Source of the DNA: Catajapyx aquilonaris
Lineage: Eukaryota
Direction of reading: 5' to 3'
NCBI GenBank assembly: GCA_000934665.2
Contig: KZ538717.1
Coordinates: forward strand, 1-51,564
Length of the DNA stretch: 51,564 bases
In this document: one piece after another, positions 13,560 to 25,900 of the stretch
How positions within the stretch are numbered: position 1 is the stretch's first letter
How the letters are laid out: every line of letters begins with the position of its first letter
Notes under the pieces: generated by a model
What the model was told of the DNA's origin: nothing
Seen by the model: only the letters and a program-made list of their open reading frames with translations
Databases searched by the model: none
Position numbers and translations under genes: made by a program

Positions 13560-14159
13560 GCCTAAAGCGACGTCCCCGACACGCCATCCTGTCGCAAGGC
13601 TCAGCTCTAGAGGAGGACGTACGCGGGGGCCTCACTCGCCGAAAAAGACTTTTCGTGACGAGACGTCTGAAATCGATAGCTCGTGCTGTTGGGCTTTGCC
13701 TCCACCACCAGCAGCCTCCATGTCGGTGTTGCACGCACACATGCACCACCCCCATGTATGCGCTCCTGTGTCGTGTGATGCCAATGCTATTTCCTGATAC
13801 CAGCCCAAATGAGTCATTTCCGGATGTGGACAGCGGGTGCACCGTGTACCGACGTGTGCTGAAAGTATGCGCCTAGTAACAGAGAGAGATGTGGGCGAAA
13901 CATGGTGACGCCTGACATCAAAACAGATTGTGCAGTTGTGGAATCCAGTAGATGGAGTTATTTGTCAGTTGGCAGTTTTGCCAGAAGATGGCGTGGATGC
14001 TGGGGGAGGCTAAGTAGTTGTGTCATCAGTCGTGAAGCAGTCTTGATAGAGGCTGGTTCTAATAAACCGATTAATGAAAACACGTGTGTTATTGGACCCT
14101 GAGTGACTCTGTGGCGGGTCAGGAGAGATGATCTATAGGACTGCAGGTCTCAGACCACA
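13560..14159 (+). mobile_element. Probable decayed 3' end of a Gypsy element (integrase tail, PPT, 3' LTR)
   Basis: The peptide DVRGGLTRRKRLF resembles the GxxRRNRRxL segment of Mag-like pol. QRVHRVPT..LK (13831-13864, frameshifted) resembles the terminal RxxRxPxxLKDY motif. These are followed by a purine tract (13881-13889) and a TGTGG...CCACA-bounded segment containing AATAAA. The left boundary is approximate. Confidence 0.5.
13890..14159 (+). repeat. Candidate 270-bp LTR
   Basis: It has perfect 5-bp inverted termini TGTGG/CCACA, AATAAA at 14061-14066, and is preceded by the purine tract AGAGAGAGA. The flanks do not form a TSD, which fits a 3' LTR rather than a solo LTR. Confidence 0.5.
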
Positions 14160-15050
14160 CAAGAGCAAAATATGCTGAATTATGACAAATATTGGCATCA
14201 ACCTGACATAGATTATGTTTAAACCACCTTTTAACCTTACGTCTCTCAAAGCAAGCACTTACAAAATTAAATAGCTTTCCTACGATTGTGGCAAGACTAA
14301 TTTGCTCAAAATCAGGGGATCAATCCTGTTATCATTACAAGCGCTACATCACACAACATGACCAAATTATGTTTTTGTAAATAGCGTATACACGTTATGA
14401 GCCATAAATATTAATACATGATTAATAATCCTACACTAATTTGACGCGCGTATGATGAATAGTCAGCAACGAATAAATTTAATCTCGCCAGCATTGCCCC
14501 TTGTTATGCAACAACAGCGTGTATACTCGTCCGCTTCCGTCTGGCCCGCCTCAAAAAACAATTATAAAAATATGCACCGGCGTATATCACACGGTATATG
14601 CCAGAGAAGAGCTTCCAGGCCCGGGGCCCCGCCCGCGTTTGAAATTCGGCTGGTCCCATCCTATTTCAAAGAGCGCGAGTCAATAAAATCTTGGCCGCAT
14701 TACTTCCAAAATGTGAAGGTGGACTTGGGGAGACTCGCTTTGCAAGCTAAAGACAGCCTGCCGAGGTCTCCAGGTGATTGCTTCGAAATGGAGAATTCGG
14801 ACGAACAAAGGATTCCTTTATAGCCGCTGACTTTGCTACCAACCCTCACGTCACTTTACGATTCCAGGATGCAGGACTCGTACTAAACCTACTTATTCCC
14901 TCAATCATCAAGCTTGCAAAAAATATACCTGTCACGGGTCAACTGGTCAGTCCATTTTTGGGCCAATTTCTGGTAAGCCACCTGAATTTGTCCATCTTAA
15001 TTTAAAATGCTGTTTGATAATCAGCAGCTCCTGCCAAACTGGTTATTAAA

Positions 15051-15325
15051 AAATAATTATGGCAATACTGTATCATGAAATAATTATGGCAATACTGTAT
15101 CATGAAATAATTATGGCAATACTGTATCATAAAATAATTATGGCAATACTGTATCATAAATAGTCTAATTATGGCAATACTGTATCATAAATAGTCTAAT
15201 TGTGAAAATACTGAATGCTAAAATAATATTATGCAAATAATGTGTCATAATAATTATGAAAATAATGTGTTATAAAATAATAATTATGAAAATAATGCCA
15301 TAAAATAATAATTATGAAAATATTA
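15051..15325. repeat. AT-rich minisatellite, ~27-bp unit (AAATAATTATGGCAATACTGTATCATR), about 10 copies
   Basis: Four near-identical 27-mers are followed by two 31-nt variants containing AGTCT and then about four degenerate units. Confidence 0.95.
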
Positions 15326-18300
15326 TCAATAGTTCTCCTTTACTTTACAAAAGAATTATGGAACTGTTACAAAATAATTGTCACAATATTTAAAAAATTA
15401 GCGAACAATATCAGAATGTTAGAAAATATTAACAAATGCAGTCCAAAAACCAAAAACACTACAATTTTGAGCAAAAAACACACCCAAAATAAATAAAAGG
15501 CTGGAATGAAACTGTTAAGTAAAAGTTGGAAGTTGTTTGAAATCGGCTGAGGCCAATATTAACCGTAAAAGTCAAGTCAGGCGATCCATTTACACCTATA
15601 CGCTTCGGGGTGTTGCAAGAAAGTTTTGTTTTTCTTTCCTGAAAAGGGGCGCCAGAGGCTATCAGAAACGCCAAGCCTCACGTTATACTTGGTGTTTTCA
15701 AGTGGCCCGCGAGGGATCAGGAGGGCTGCTTTTCTTCCCAAACCGCACCTCGCTTCTTTCCACATCCAAGGCGACCATTTTTGGTTACAACTCGATTAGC
15801 CTAGTTCCTTCGAGCCCGGTTAAAAGAAACCCTAGTTGGATTAAAAGTGAGAGAATTTCAGAAACTTTCGTCACTTGCACTAGGACAAGACTGGCCGTGG
15901 ATTTTTTTTTTTTTTTNNNNNNNGGGGGGGGGGGTGAGCCATCTGGTGGCAATTAGACCCGGACAGAATATAAGTGCCCCGGAAGAGCTCCTTCTTTTTG
16001 ACATAAACTAAACTCTTCCTCTTCCAGCAGTCACACTTTTCAACTCCCCTTTTCTCTACAGTCCACTTCTCGAAAGATCCATTCATGTTCCCATAAATTG
16101 ACCCTCTGCCTTCCGCACTAACCATTAGGTTATTTTTCTCTCCCCTCTTCTTCCCGGGGTATATGGACCGCATGGGGGTAAGTTATAGGACTTGAAAATA
16201 CTGCTAGTGTGTATAGGTAAAAAGTTACAGCACAGCTAGTCTATCCTGTTGGATAGCGCAAATTGGGATAACTAAGCAGGATGTCAGATACAATATAGTT
16301 GCGGGAACATGGTAATATCCACTGCTGCGCAATTATTTTACATCAAAACTCTTGTACTGATAGGGTAAAAAAAACCTATCCGCAACAGAAGCCTACATTT
16401 ACTAGCGTTATTATTAACCGCGTATTATAAATCGTCCTCATTATTACCAGTCTTGATCAACTTCGTTGCAACCATTAATGCCACAAAATCAATGCAAATT
16501 TCACCTCCATGATGATGTGGAATTTTAATTTTGAGCCCTATTTTGTATTATGAATTACATCACCTGACCCCCAACAATCACTCACCGCCACTGGCACCGG
16601 CCCGAATTGAGTTATCCAGCCCCTGATTTACGTAAAACGGAAACCGCGACTTTGAGTCGGGATCAGCACGTGACGCCCCCAAATCCAAGTCCCAACCGGC
16701 CGTATCTTAGGAACCAATCCACTTATTTCCAAGACCTGGATGAGGAAGGGAACAAAAGGATCAGTCCTGGAAATGGACCTAGAATGATATATAGAAATGG
16801 GTGACACTGTCCGGACCCCTTAGTAGTAGAACCCCCTAGTGATGGCTGCAGCTGTCGACCCTGATCTTTGTTTCAGGGCGACCAATCAATGCCCTTAAAC
16901 CACATACACACGCATACAATACATTCAGGTTCTACCCTAGATCTTTTGTTCCAAGGGGTTGGGATGCTGCTTCTCCATTTGGTAATTACTCGCGCCATTT
17001 GTATGCCAAAGGGCTGCTCTCTACCAGATAGCCTAATCTTTCTTCTTCGTCACGTAGATTCCAAGCCTCCCCAACTCATATAATAGATATGCATTCCGGA
17101 CGTGAACCGGAAGACCCCGGAAGAAACAAAGGCCTCCAGTCATTACGATAGTAAAATGATGGCTTTGAAACTTTCTCGTTATTAAATTTAACCCCAAAAT
17201 TTCCTGGTCTCGCTGTTTTAAATCACCTCAAAAGCAGTGGCGGGGAACGTTTTCTGAGCTCTAATAGAACAAACTAAAAGTATACCCTGCTTTTAGGAGC
17301 GTACCCTAACTAATGGATCGTTAGCTTTTTTTTAAAAAATAATACGAGGCAGAGGTTTTTGAAAAAAAAAGTGACACATTTCCCACAGAGAGGGCTAAGT
17401 GTTATGAATGCATTTGAACCCTGCCTATACTTTATTCGCGATCACTCCTGACGGATGGCTCCCCGTAGAGTTCCTGTGGGAACACCCCCCATTTTCCCCA
17501 TCCTTCCCCCCCTCTATTCGATCTATTAAGTAACAGTAGGGGGAACCGTACCGACAACCCCCAACCGAGCAGCACAAGGGATCGCCCCTTTTTCTTTTCT
17601 GCTTTACCATCACGCATCATTGATATTCGTCCCAACAGGTAGGTAAACAAAAATATCTGCCCAGAGTTCAATCTGCTTAGTTCTACTGGGCACATTATCT
17701 TGATGGGGGTCCCCAATTCGGCCAAATCTCGGCAGGGGATCCGATCGGCAAAAGTTCAACACCCTTTTCGCAACCGAGTCAATCAGCTTGAAAGGGCTAG
17801 GCCCATGCTTTTTTTTTTAGTTCCTTCTAAAGCCCAGGGTGGCCCAGGGAGTGTCCTGCCAGCAGGCAATCAATTAATTACAGTGGGTCCCTCTCCTAAT
17901 TTTGTAGGATGCTCAGGTGTCCCAAAGTTATAAAGAATAAATTACATACGTTGCATATGTGCGATGGCGATACAACAGCCGTTTCATTATGGATGGAGGG
18001 TGGTTGTGGAGGCGCAATATTTCATTATGAAATGGACCGCGGAATGGTGTGTCACATACTCTAACGTGTGTGACACATGCGGGAGATTAGTTGGGTGGGA
18101 TGGAAATGAATGCGGAAAGGATGACACCCATACCAGGCTGCCCCCCCAAAATTTCTGTTGGCCAGATGTGAACTTTCTGCCTTTTTTCTGAGGAGCATAT
18201 ATTAAAAGCGGGCCTCAAGTGACCAAAATGTTCAGTGGACGACACAAAAGGGTGGCAAAAAATGTCCGGATGTGTGCAGCTTCCCTCACCCACCCAGGGG

Positions 18301-19837
18301 CGACCCCTCCTGCTGTTCAGCATACAATGCACGCTGCTGCCTGTATCAGTATGGGTTACATGTTCGTGCATTAATCCTGCAACGCCTTGTGGCGATAAGT
18401 TCCACATGATGGCAGCGACAATGCTTTCAACGTATCAGTTTCCCATTGGGCCTGCGTCTCATTTATTGACCTCGCACCTTTTTGTGTCCTTCACAGAGAG
18501 AGTTGCGGTTCGCCTGACAATAGAGGATACGCATCTCCCATTCTAATTCATCGATATAGCTTGGCAAAAAGTGAGACCTGAAGCTAAACCGCCATTATTG
18601 ATTAAATAGTGGACAATGAGGCTCTATTAATAGAAGGGTTATCACGGTTAGACAGAGGAAAATGTAGGCAATGACGCTATGGCACAAAGACATACAGCAT
18701 AATTATTTCAATAAATCAATAGTTGCAGGACTGTGACATAATGGATGTCACATTTGTGTAGCCGGGTTATTCCCTATATCGAGCTAAAATCATTTTGAAA
18801 AAAACCTAGGCTTACAGTTGTCAACCTCTGAATTAATTAAAATGAAATAAAAGCGAAACCACAAGTGCAAAAATATGAATTTCCAATGTTGCAGTACTCA
18901 CACCACATTTTATGGCACAAGCACTGTTTTCCACATGCAAATGACGTGACTGCTGGGAAGAGTCCAAGGCCCATAAAACTTTCATGTTTCAAGACGAGTT
19001 CCTTATAGCCTCCTCGATAGCATCATAAAATGTCAAACATGAACACCCAAACGTCTGACACCGGAGTTTTCAATCTATACGATAAGTTATTACAATACCA
19101 CACTACTCTGCACTAGGTCGTAAATTACGAGCCACTTGCGATAAACCGTGGAAAAAACACAACAAAGGTGCAGCTGTATAGGTTAATGCATGCGTGTAAT
19201 TGAACCCTTCTCGCCAAAAAATCCGGAAACCAACCCACAAGCCTGCAGGAAATCCACGTAACAAACACTTGTAATTACATGCCTCCTCCAGCCAACTCGA
19301 AACGCAATTACCGTATTTCAACCCAATTTGTCTCACGAACCCCTCTTGGTCTTAAAAATCAAGGCAGATCAGGTGTTGTGGCATGCTCCTAGACTCCTCA
19401 ATATATTTTACGACACCTACGCAGGGTCCACACCACAATAAAGTTGTGGGCAATGCGACTCCCACGCAGTTCCTGTTTGGCAGCTTGGTGGTGTGGTAGG
19501 TGGGTGTGACATGATTTATGTCGCGCATATCCTTGTGTTCCACCCTGATCTGCCACCCCCTCCAATGCATGTTGCCAGCCCACCGTGGCTGCTGAAACGG
19601 GTGCCTCCTCCCTATAGCTCAGGGGGAGCCGACAGCCGATACCTAATGAAAAAAAAAAGTTGAAAAAGGAACATGCGATAACTCAAGCCAGGTGAGAAAA
19701 ATGACCTCGTCCTTGTCTGGATGCCTTCCAACCAGCAGGTGCCCAAAGACACCGCCTATATGGTCAAATCAAGGGCGTATGAAACATTGTACAGTATATT
19801 CAATAGTAATTTTAAAACATTTTACATTAAATTGTCA

Positions 19838-19905
19838 CGGGGGCCAATATGCCGGGGGCTAAAAGTCCGGGGGCGAAACGGCGGGGGCGAAAAGTCCGGA
19901 TACCG
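19838..19905. repeat. Four ~15-bp GC-rich units (CGGGGGCGAAAAGTC-like) ending in CCGGATACCG; probable terminus of a foldback/MITE-type DNA transposon
   Basis: The tandem units are visible directly. The transposon-end reading is an inference from resemblance to subterminal-repeat elements. Confidence 0.6.
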
Positions 19906-22900
19906 TTGAATATATCGAAAATCGTGTTGTTAGGCAAATCGCGGTATTTTTTTAAAACCAACGTAGATAATAAAGTGCTGCTTATGCGATCCCAAAGTTT
20001 TACGGCATAACGTTAACGATCAATGCGAGCACACTAGACGAGGATTAATACGCCAACTTTCCTCCGTCGAACAGACTGAAAAGCCACGTTTGCTCTATCA
20101 ATCTTGCCGAGCAAGTAGATTAGGTCCAAACGCCCTTTCATTTGATTCATAATGATCGATCGATTTATTTAATGTCCGTCCAGATAATAAAGCCACCTTC
20201 TCTTGCCCTCTCTAGGTTTTTATTCGTCACGGTTCTGAAAAAATTGGAGTTGGGTTGAGAGAGATGAGGGCTTTTTGGGTTGTTGGCCTCAAGTTATGGA
20301 GTTTTTTTCATTTTTTTTGAGGGAGGGGAGGTGAAGGCAGTTGCCACCACCTTGCTCCCCATCTCGTGCACACGGTGCTGGGAAACTATATAGCTGTGTT
20401 ATTGTGAGATGGGGGGGGAAGGGTGCTAGTAAATAAAAGCCTGCATGCGAATGGCCCCTGGACAAGTAGCGTGACTTTAGATGGGTACCGGGGAGTTGAG
20501 GTCAAAGATCTACCATTTATGCACCGGTGGTCATATTAGTGTGCGCTGGCATAAAATTGCAATCCTTGGGATCCCCTTTAGTGGGCTGTAATATTGTTAA
20601 AATGACCACTACCCACACTTGCATTAGCCAGATGAGAAAGGCAAACTTTCCCACCTTAGTGAAGCTATCCAGGATGAAATTGCGCAGGATTTTAATGTAG
20701 GCATGCTCTCAGTGTGGATGTACGTGTATTAAATTAAGTTATTGTAGTTTCAGGCGTGAGTGACACATCTGCGGCTAGGGAATAAATATCGGGTTATTGG
20801 ATTCGAATTGAATTAAAAGCATTGACACTATGAAATACAGGTCCACATCGTTATATGGTCAATTACGGTTCAGTGCCAGATAAAATTTTGGGGCTTGTCA
20901 AACACAGGTGAAAACTTTGATAAAAGACCTCAATATTTCTATGTGGCAAAAGTTCAGGTGGGATTTGTTGGTCTAATATTATTTTGTCTCAAGCTGTCTA
21001 GCATCTCGTACATCATCAGGATGAAAAATTGTAACAGTAAATACCGCAGAGTCCCTCCAAGCATTTGTCTCACAGAAAATAAAACAACGGTGTCTATAGC
21101 AATGAACTGATATAATTTTCCCCCAAAAAGGGTACTGCCCTCGAACGGGGTATCGTAAATAATCATTTAAAAAACTGATATAATTTCAGAAATTGGAAAA
21201 TGCAACTCTGTCATGCTTCTGGCTATACCTTTGGATACGAGATTCCATGTCTCTCTTGAAGTCCCCCCCCCCAGCCCCATAAAAGGAAAATCGGTGCTAG
21301 AAATAGCCTCATCAACCTCTGAGGATATAATCGCTTTTAATTTGCTTCCGGAATTCCAGCCAGCTTCATCCTCCGTTCAGCAGAAGTGTAGCAAATGTGA
21401 CAGGTAACAAGGCCCGGAGATTTAAGCCGCTCATTCTCAAGATGACTCTCAGTAATATCGGCTTAACGGCCATAGGGTATTGCGTCTTCTAGAGGAGTTG
21501 TGGGGGGAGAAGTTTTGGTGGGTCGAGAGTGGCTAAAAGATGACCTCAGAGACGACTCCAAGTCTAGTTTATTTGTACCTCAAGCTAGTTTACTTCCTTT
21601 TTTTGGCGGCCAGGAAATATTGCGGTTGAAAAATCTGAGGTCAAGTCTTCTGCGCGTGAGGAAACAGCTCTTTTGAAGACCGCAAGAGGGAGATGAAAAA
21701 GCGCTGCAGGGTGTATAACGCACGAATGATGGGGCTTCTTAGAGGATATATAGGTGCTTCAAGTTTTTGGCAAGCTTATTTCAGGCTTCTTTAATTATAC
21801 ATGATTACAAGACTAATTATATCAAGATGAGTGAAAAAGTGCGTTAAAATCGAAAGAGAGTTGCTCCTTCTAACCAAGCGGAAGTTTGGCAACACCGCAC
21901 CACTTTTTTGGGGTCTAAACGCTCAAAACCAGTTCCCATCAAATTACAAGGGGGTTCCCTATCTCTGAAACTATCTTTTGAAAAACGGCCATGTCTCCTG
22001 TCTTATTTACGCTGAAGTGATAATGCACATAGAAAGTTCTGCCAGGTGACAAATGTGGCACTCTATACTTACCGTATACTCTAATGTAAGGCCTTTTATT
22101 GCAGACAGTGTAAACATAAAGTAGTGGGCTTAATGCCTTCAATAGTTATTATTAGCTGAAGCCAATCTACATATGCTGGCGGTACTGATAGTGTCTCTTT
22201 CGAATTATTGGGAAAATTAATTAGGCATTATGCCAACGAAAGCGTCAGTTCATTGATGGTTGCAAACGACAGATGTGTGTTGAGTATTGATTTTTATTCC
22301 CTCTTTCCGGAGAAACCATAACCCCAACTGCCCTTGAAACGGACACTTGAACAATCTGAATAGTCCTGATTAGGCATTATGTGACATGTCAAATAGATTT
22401 GGTTTTATTAGAGTTTATTGAAGTCAAGAGCGTATATCCAGCTCTTGGCTCAATAAAAGTCCTTGCTAACCTCACATAAGGTCAAAACATTATCCGAATT
22501 ATTATAATCTCATACTCCGATTACTATACACTTCCTAAAAATGCACGTCAGACACTATTTTAAAAAAACCCCCGCAAGGCTCAAATTAATGAAGCAAAAG
22601 TGGGTCTTATCCACCCTGCAGGCTAGAACCTCAACTTGAAACATTGTTCCGCTTCTTTTATGAACACCCTGTGGCATAATAAACCCCTAGGGAATTAGGA
22701 TTCCTAAAAAGTGCCCACCACGAAATAGGTCCAACGACGTACTAAGCATCCTGATAATTACAGATGGTCCTTTTTCCTCCTAAAAACAAATCTGCAATTC
22801 CCTTCGATTTATACCCGCCTAAACGACCCAGCTCCTAGTAATAAATTCGGCGTAATAACAATGCAGAGCCACAATATCTATGTTCAGGAGGCGAGAGGGA

Positions 22901-25900
22901 ATTAATCCCCGGATCCCGTTTCGTATTCATTGAAGTCTCAAGTCTGGGCCGCGTTCGAAACTAAACGTCATGTTTTACGACCTGGCATAGTATTATAACC
23001 TCGCAATGTAAAATGGTTCTACTAAAAAAAAAACCAGGGGGGAGGTTTAATATTGTTAATGTGGTGGGGGAAAATTCGGGTGGTGCCGTCCGGATATCGA
23101 CGCCCATATACGCCTGATGTTTGAATGTCGATGTGACAGCGTACAAGATGCTTAGGGACGATTTTGTCAGTTATGTGACACTGTGTGTTCAAATCACCGC
23201 GTGTGATTGACACAAATTGCATTTCAGTTATATACTTGGCGGGGGACTTCTGCTATAGGGAGGAGATAAGTGCACCTTTTTTTTTGAAAAAGGGAAAAAA
23301 AGTTTTAGATAATTTCTAAAGTGAGCCCTGCTGATCATTGCTCTCGGAAGTCCTCCATTTTTGCAACAGAGTGGAGATTAAAACCGGGAAACTTTTTGGG
23401 GGTTCCAAGTTGCATCCTGGAAACAAATCGGGACGCTCTGGCAACTTTTTCCTTCCCGGATTTTCGGATGGGGATTCAGGATGTGCCCATTCATTTTGTT
23501 TGGAGAGGAAGCGAAAGGCTTCTTGATGGGTAAGTTTGGAGTCTGAGATGCGGATAAGACAGACAGGGCGAGTATAAGGCCTGCCCGATGACGGATGTGC
23601 GACGGAAGTAACGAAGAAAAGGGATGAGAAAGCTTGATGATGTCCCGCAGACTGGAAGACCCCCGCAAAACAGCATTGTCAATCTGAAGGAAAATGGGGT
23701 TTTCTACCTCCCCCAAAATCCTCCATCTTATAGTACAGCAGATTCCGAACTAACCGACGGGCAAACCTGCAGACTAATTAATTATTCCCCGGCGTGACAA
23801 GGATGCCAGAGCCAGATAGAACACATCGGCTCTAGTTGATGGCACAATGCAAGTAGTCCGGCATTTCATTAAGGCTTTCAGGTATTTGCAGCCAACAACT
23901 TTCTTCGTTCCGGGGAAGCCCTCACATTCCACCTTCATAAGCAGCAGGCTACAAATTACTAGCTTCCCGCCGCCTTTGCGCCAGCCTGAGCCTATGTTCC
24001 ATTTAATGTTTCAAACTAGCTCGTGTTGACAAGGACACAAAATGACAATCCAATACGTGACTTGCATCATTCCCACCCGGGAACTGGCTAGAAACATGTA
24101 GTTTTATTTTATAATTACACATGTGTTGCACCAGAGGCATGGTGTCCAATTCAAATAAACAGTTATGCAATACAGTACCTGCAGTACGATCGATTAATAT
24201 ATAATGCAACCCTGCATGTTTTGACAGTGGCTGCAGTATTTTTGTGGATCAAAGTGAGTGTGTATATATACACATGAGGCAGGTTGAAAAGTGGAATCCT
24301 GGATGGGAAGTCCCAAGTGTGAAAGTGGCGAGGGAGGCTGCATTGGTCCTTAGAGGATTCTTGCAGGGCAAGAGGTGAACATGAAGAGGCATCCGAGAGG
24401 CGTTTCCCAAAACCCAGATTGAAAGGGAGAAGTGGAGAGGCGCCGCGGGAAATAGGCCTCAAGTGCAGCCAGAAAGGGGTTACATGTCAACGGGCCTTTA
24501 GAGACCATACAATCTCAGTTGTAGATCTGTCTGCAAGAAGCTTCTCTTGTGTTTTCCTACATCTGCCAACTCCAATTGCGAATCACTTATATAATTCAGA
24601 ACCCTCTGCAGAATCCAGGTAAATTCTGCAACGTATTTTTTTTCTTCAGGTGCTATAATCTTGGATGAATAGGGCGTGAAGTTGGGCCGACATTTTTCCA
24701 TCTCTGGGTTGGAAACTGAAGATGAAGTGGGCTTTCCTGAAAAGCCTGGCTCACCAGTCCGCTTAAATCCCACAAACCCCAACCGCAGACCTAGATGCGG
24801 AATCCTCAAGTCGCTTCCCCCAAGCCATTTCAGGGCAGCAAACTCCTGTCGAGGATCCACATGTCATCGGAACCACGTCCAGAAATTAATGGCTTTGTTG
24901 CGGTAGGTTTCCCCGCATACATATATATATAACCAAGGGGTGCTGGAAAGAGGAAATTTACCATTTCCCCCGCATTGCATTGCAGCTTAGCTTAGATTTC
25001 GATTTTGTGTAATGGAGGGGCAGAACCCCCCGGATTGCACCGGAATTATCTCCTTAATTCCCGAAAGCCCACAGCCACACCGATAATGGCCAAAATGTTT
25101 ACAACAGGTAGAAAACATACATATTTTTTTTTTTGGGGGGGGGGGGGGGGGATNATGGGAGAAATAGCGACACTCGCATCGAATACCCAATACGCTTTTC
25201 CCAACCAGTATATGCTATCGCGAATTCTCGCTGGGGCAAATGGCGTACCCACCTTGTGCTAATCCATTGGATGTGGGATAGAGAGCTGGGGAGGGGTGGA
25301 AAAAAAACCGGCCATATTGGCATGCAGGATACAAGATATAAATTCCACGCCCCGGTGTTTTTTTGTATTTTAGGGCGGACACAAATAGCGGATTGATCAG
25401 GCAGACGATCAAAGGGAGATTCTGCTATGCAGGGTTCTAGCCTGACAGTCCAAAAACCCGCTGGCACATAGTCCCCCCTTTCTATCGGATTAGAAGAGTA
25501 TCAAAAACAGGTCGTCAAATGGGAAGGCGATAGCAATTTGTAAAAAAAGCAATTTCTAGCGCTTTTTTGGGAGCTTTCTGTGCGACTTGAATATTTGCAG
25601 GCGTGAAAAATGTAGTACCAATAAATTCTACGTTGACTGGTGCATATCTCAATTGCTTAGAGTGTAGATTTTAAAATAATTGACAGGCCCCAAAATATGC
25701 AAATCAGAATGTGACGAAACTGTTGAAAATATTACTTAAGTACGTAACATATCAACAAGGAACAGTGGCGGACTGTATACGCAGCTGAAACGTTAATAAT
25801 GCGTACGGTACAGTATCTGTTTAATGTATTACGTGGGGCCACAATTTTTCATAATTATGAAACACACTGCCATGTGGTGCAGTTATATAATATACAGGTT

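Noticed and set aside
13903..13920. TGGTGACGCCTGAC after AACA as a possible tRNA-Trp PBS
   Set aside because: The match is poor and gapped, no gag follows, and the region fits better as the start of a 3' LTR.
15051..15325. Possible CRISPR-like array
   Set aside because: The units are contiguous with no unique spacers, there are no cas genes, and the context is eukaryotic.
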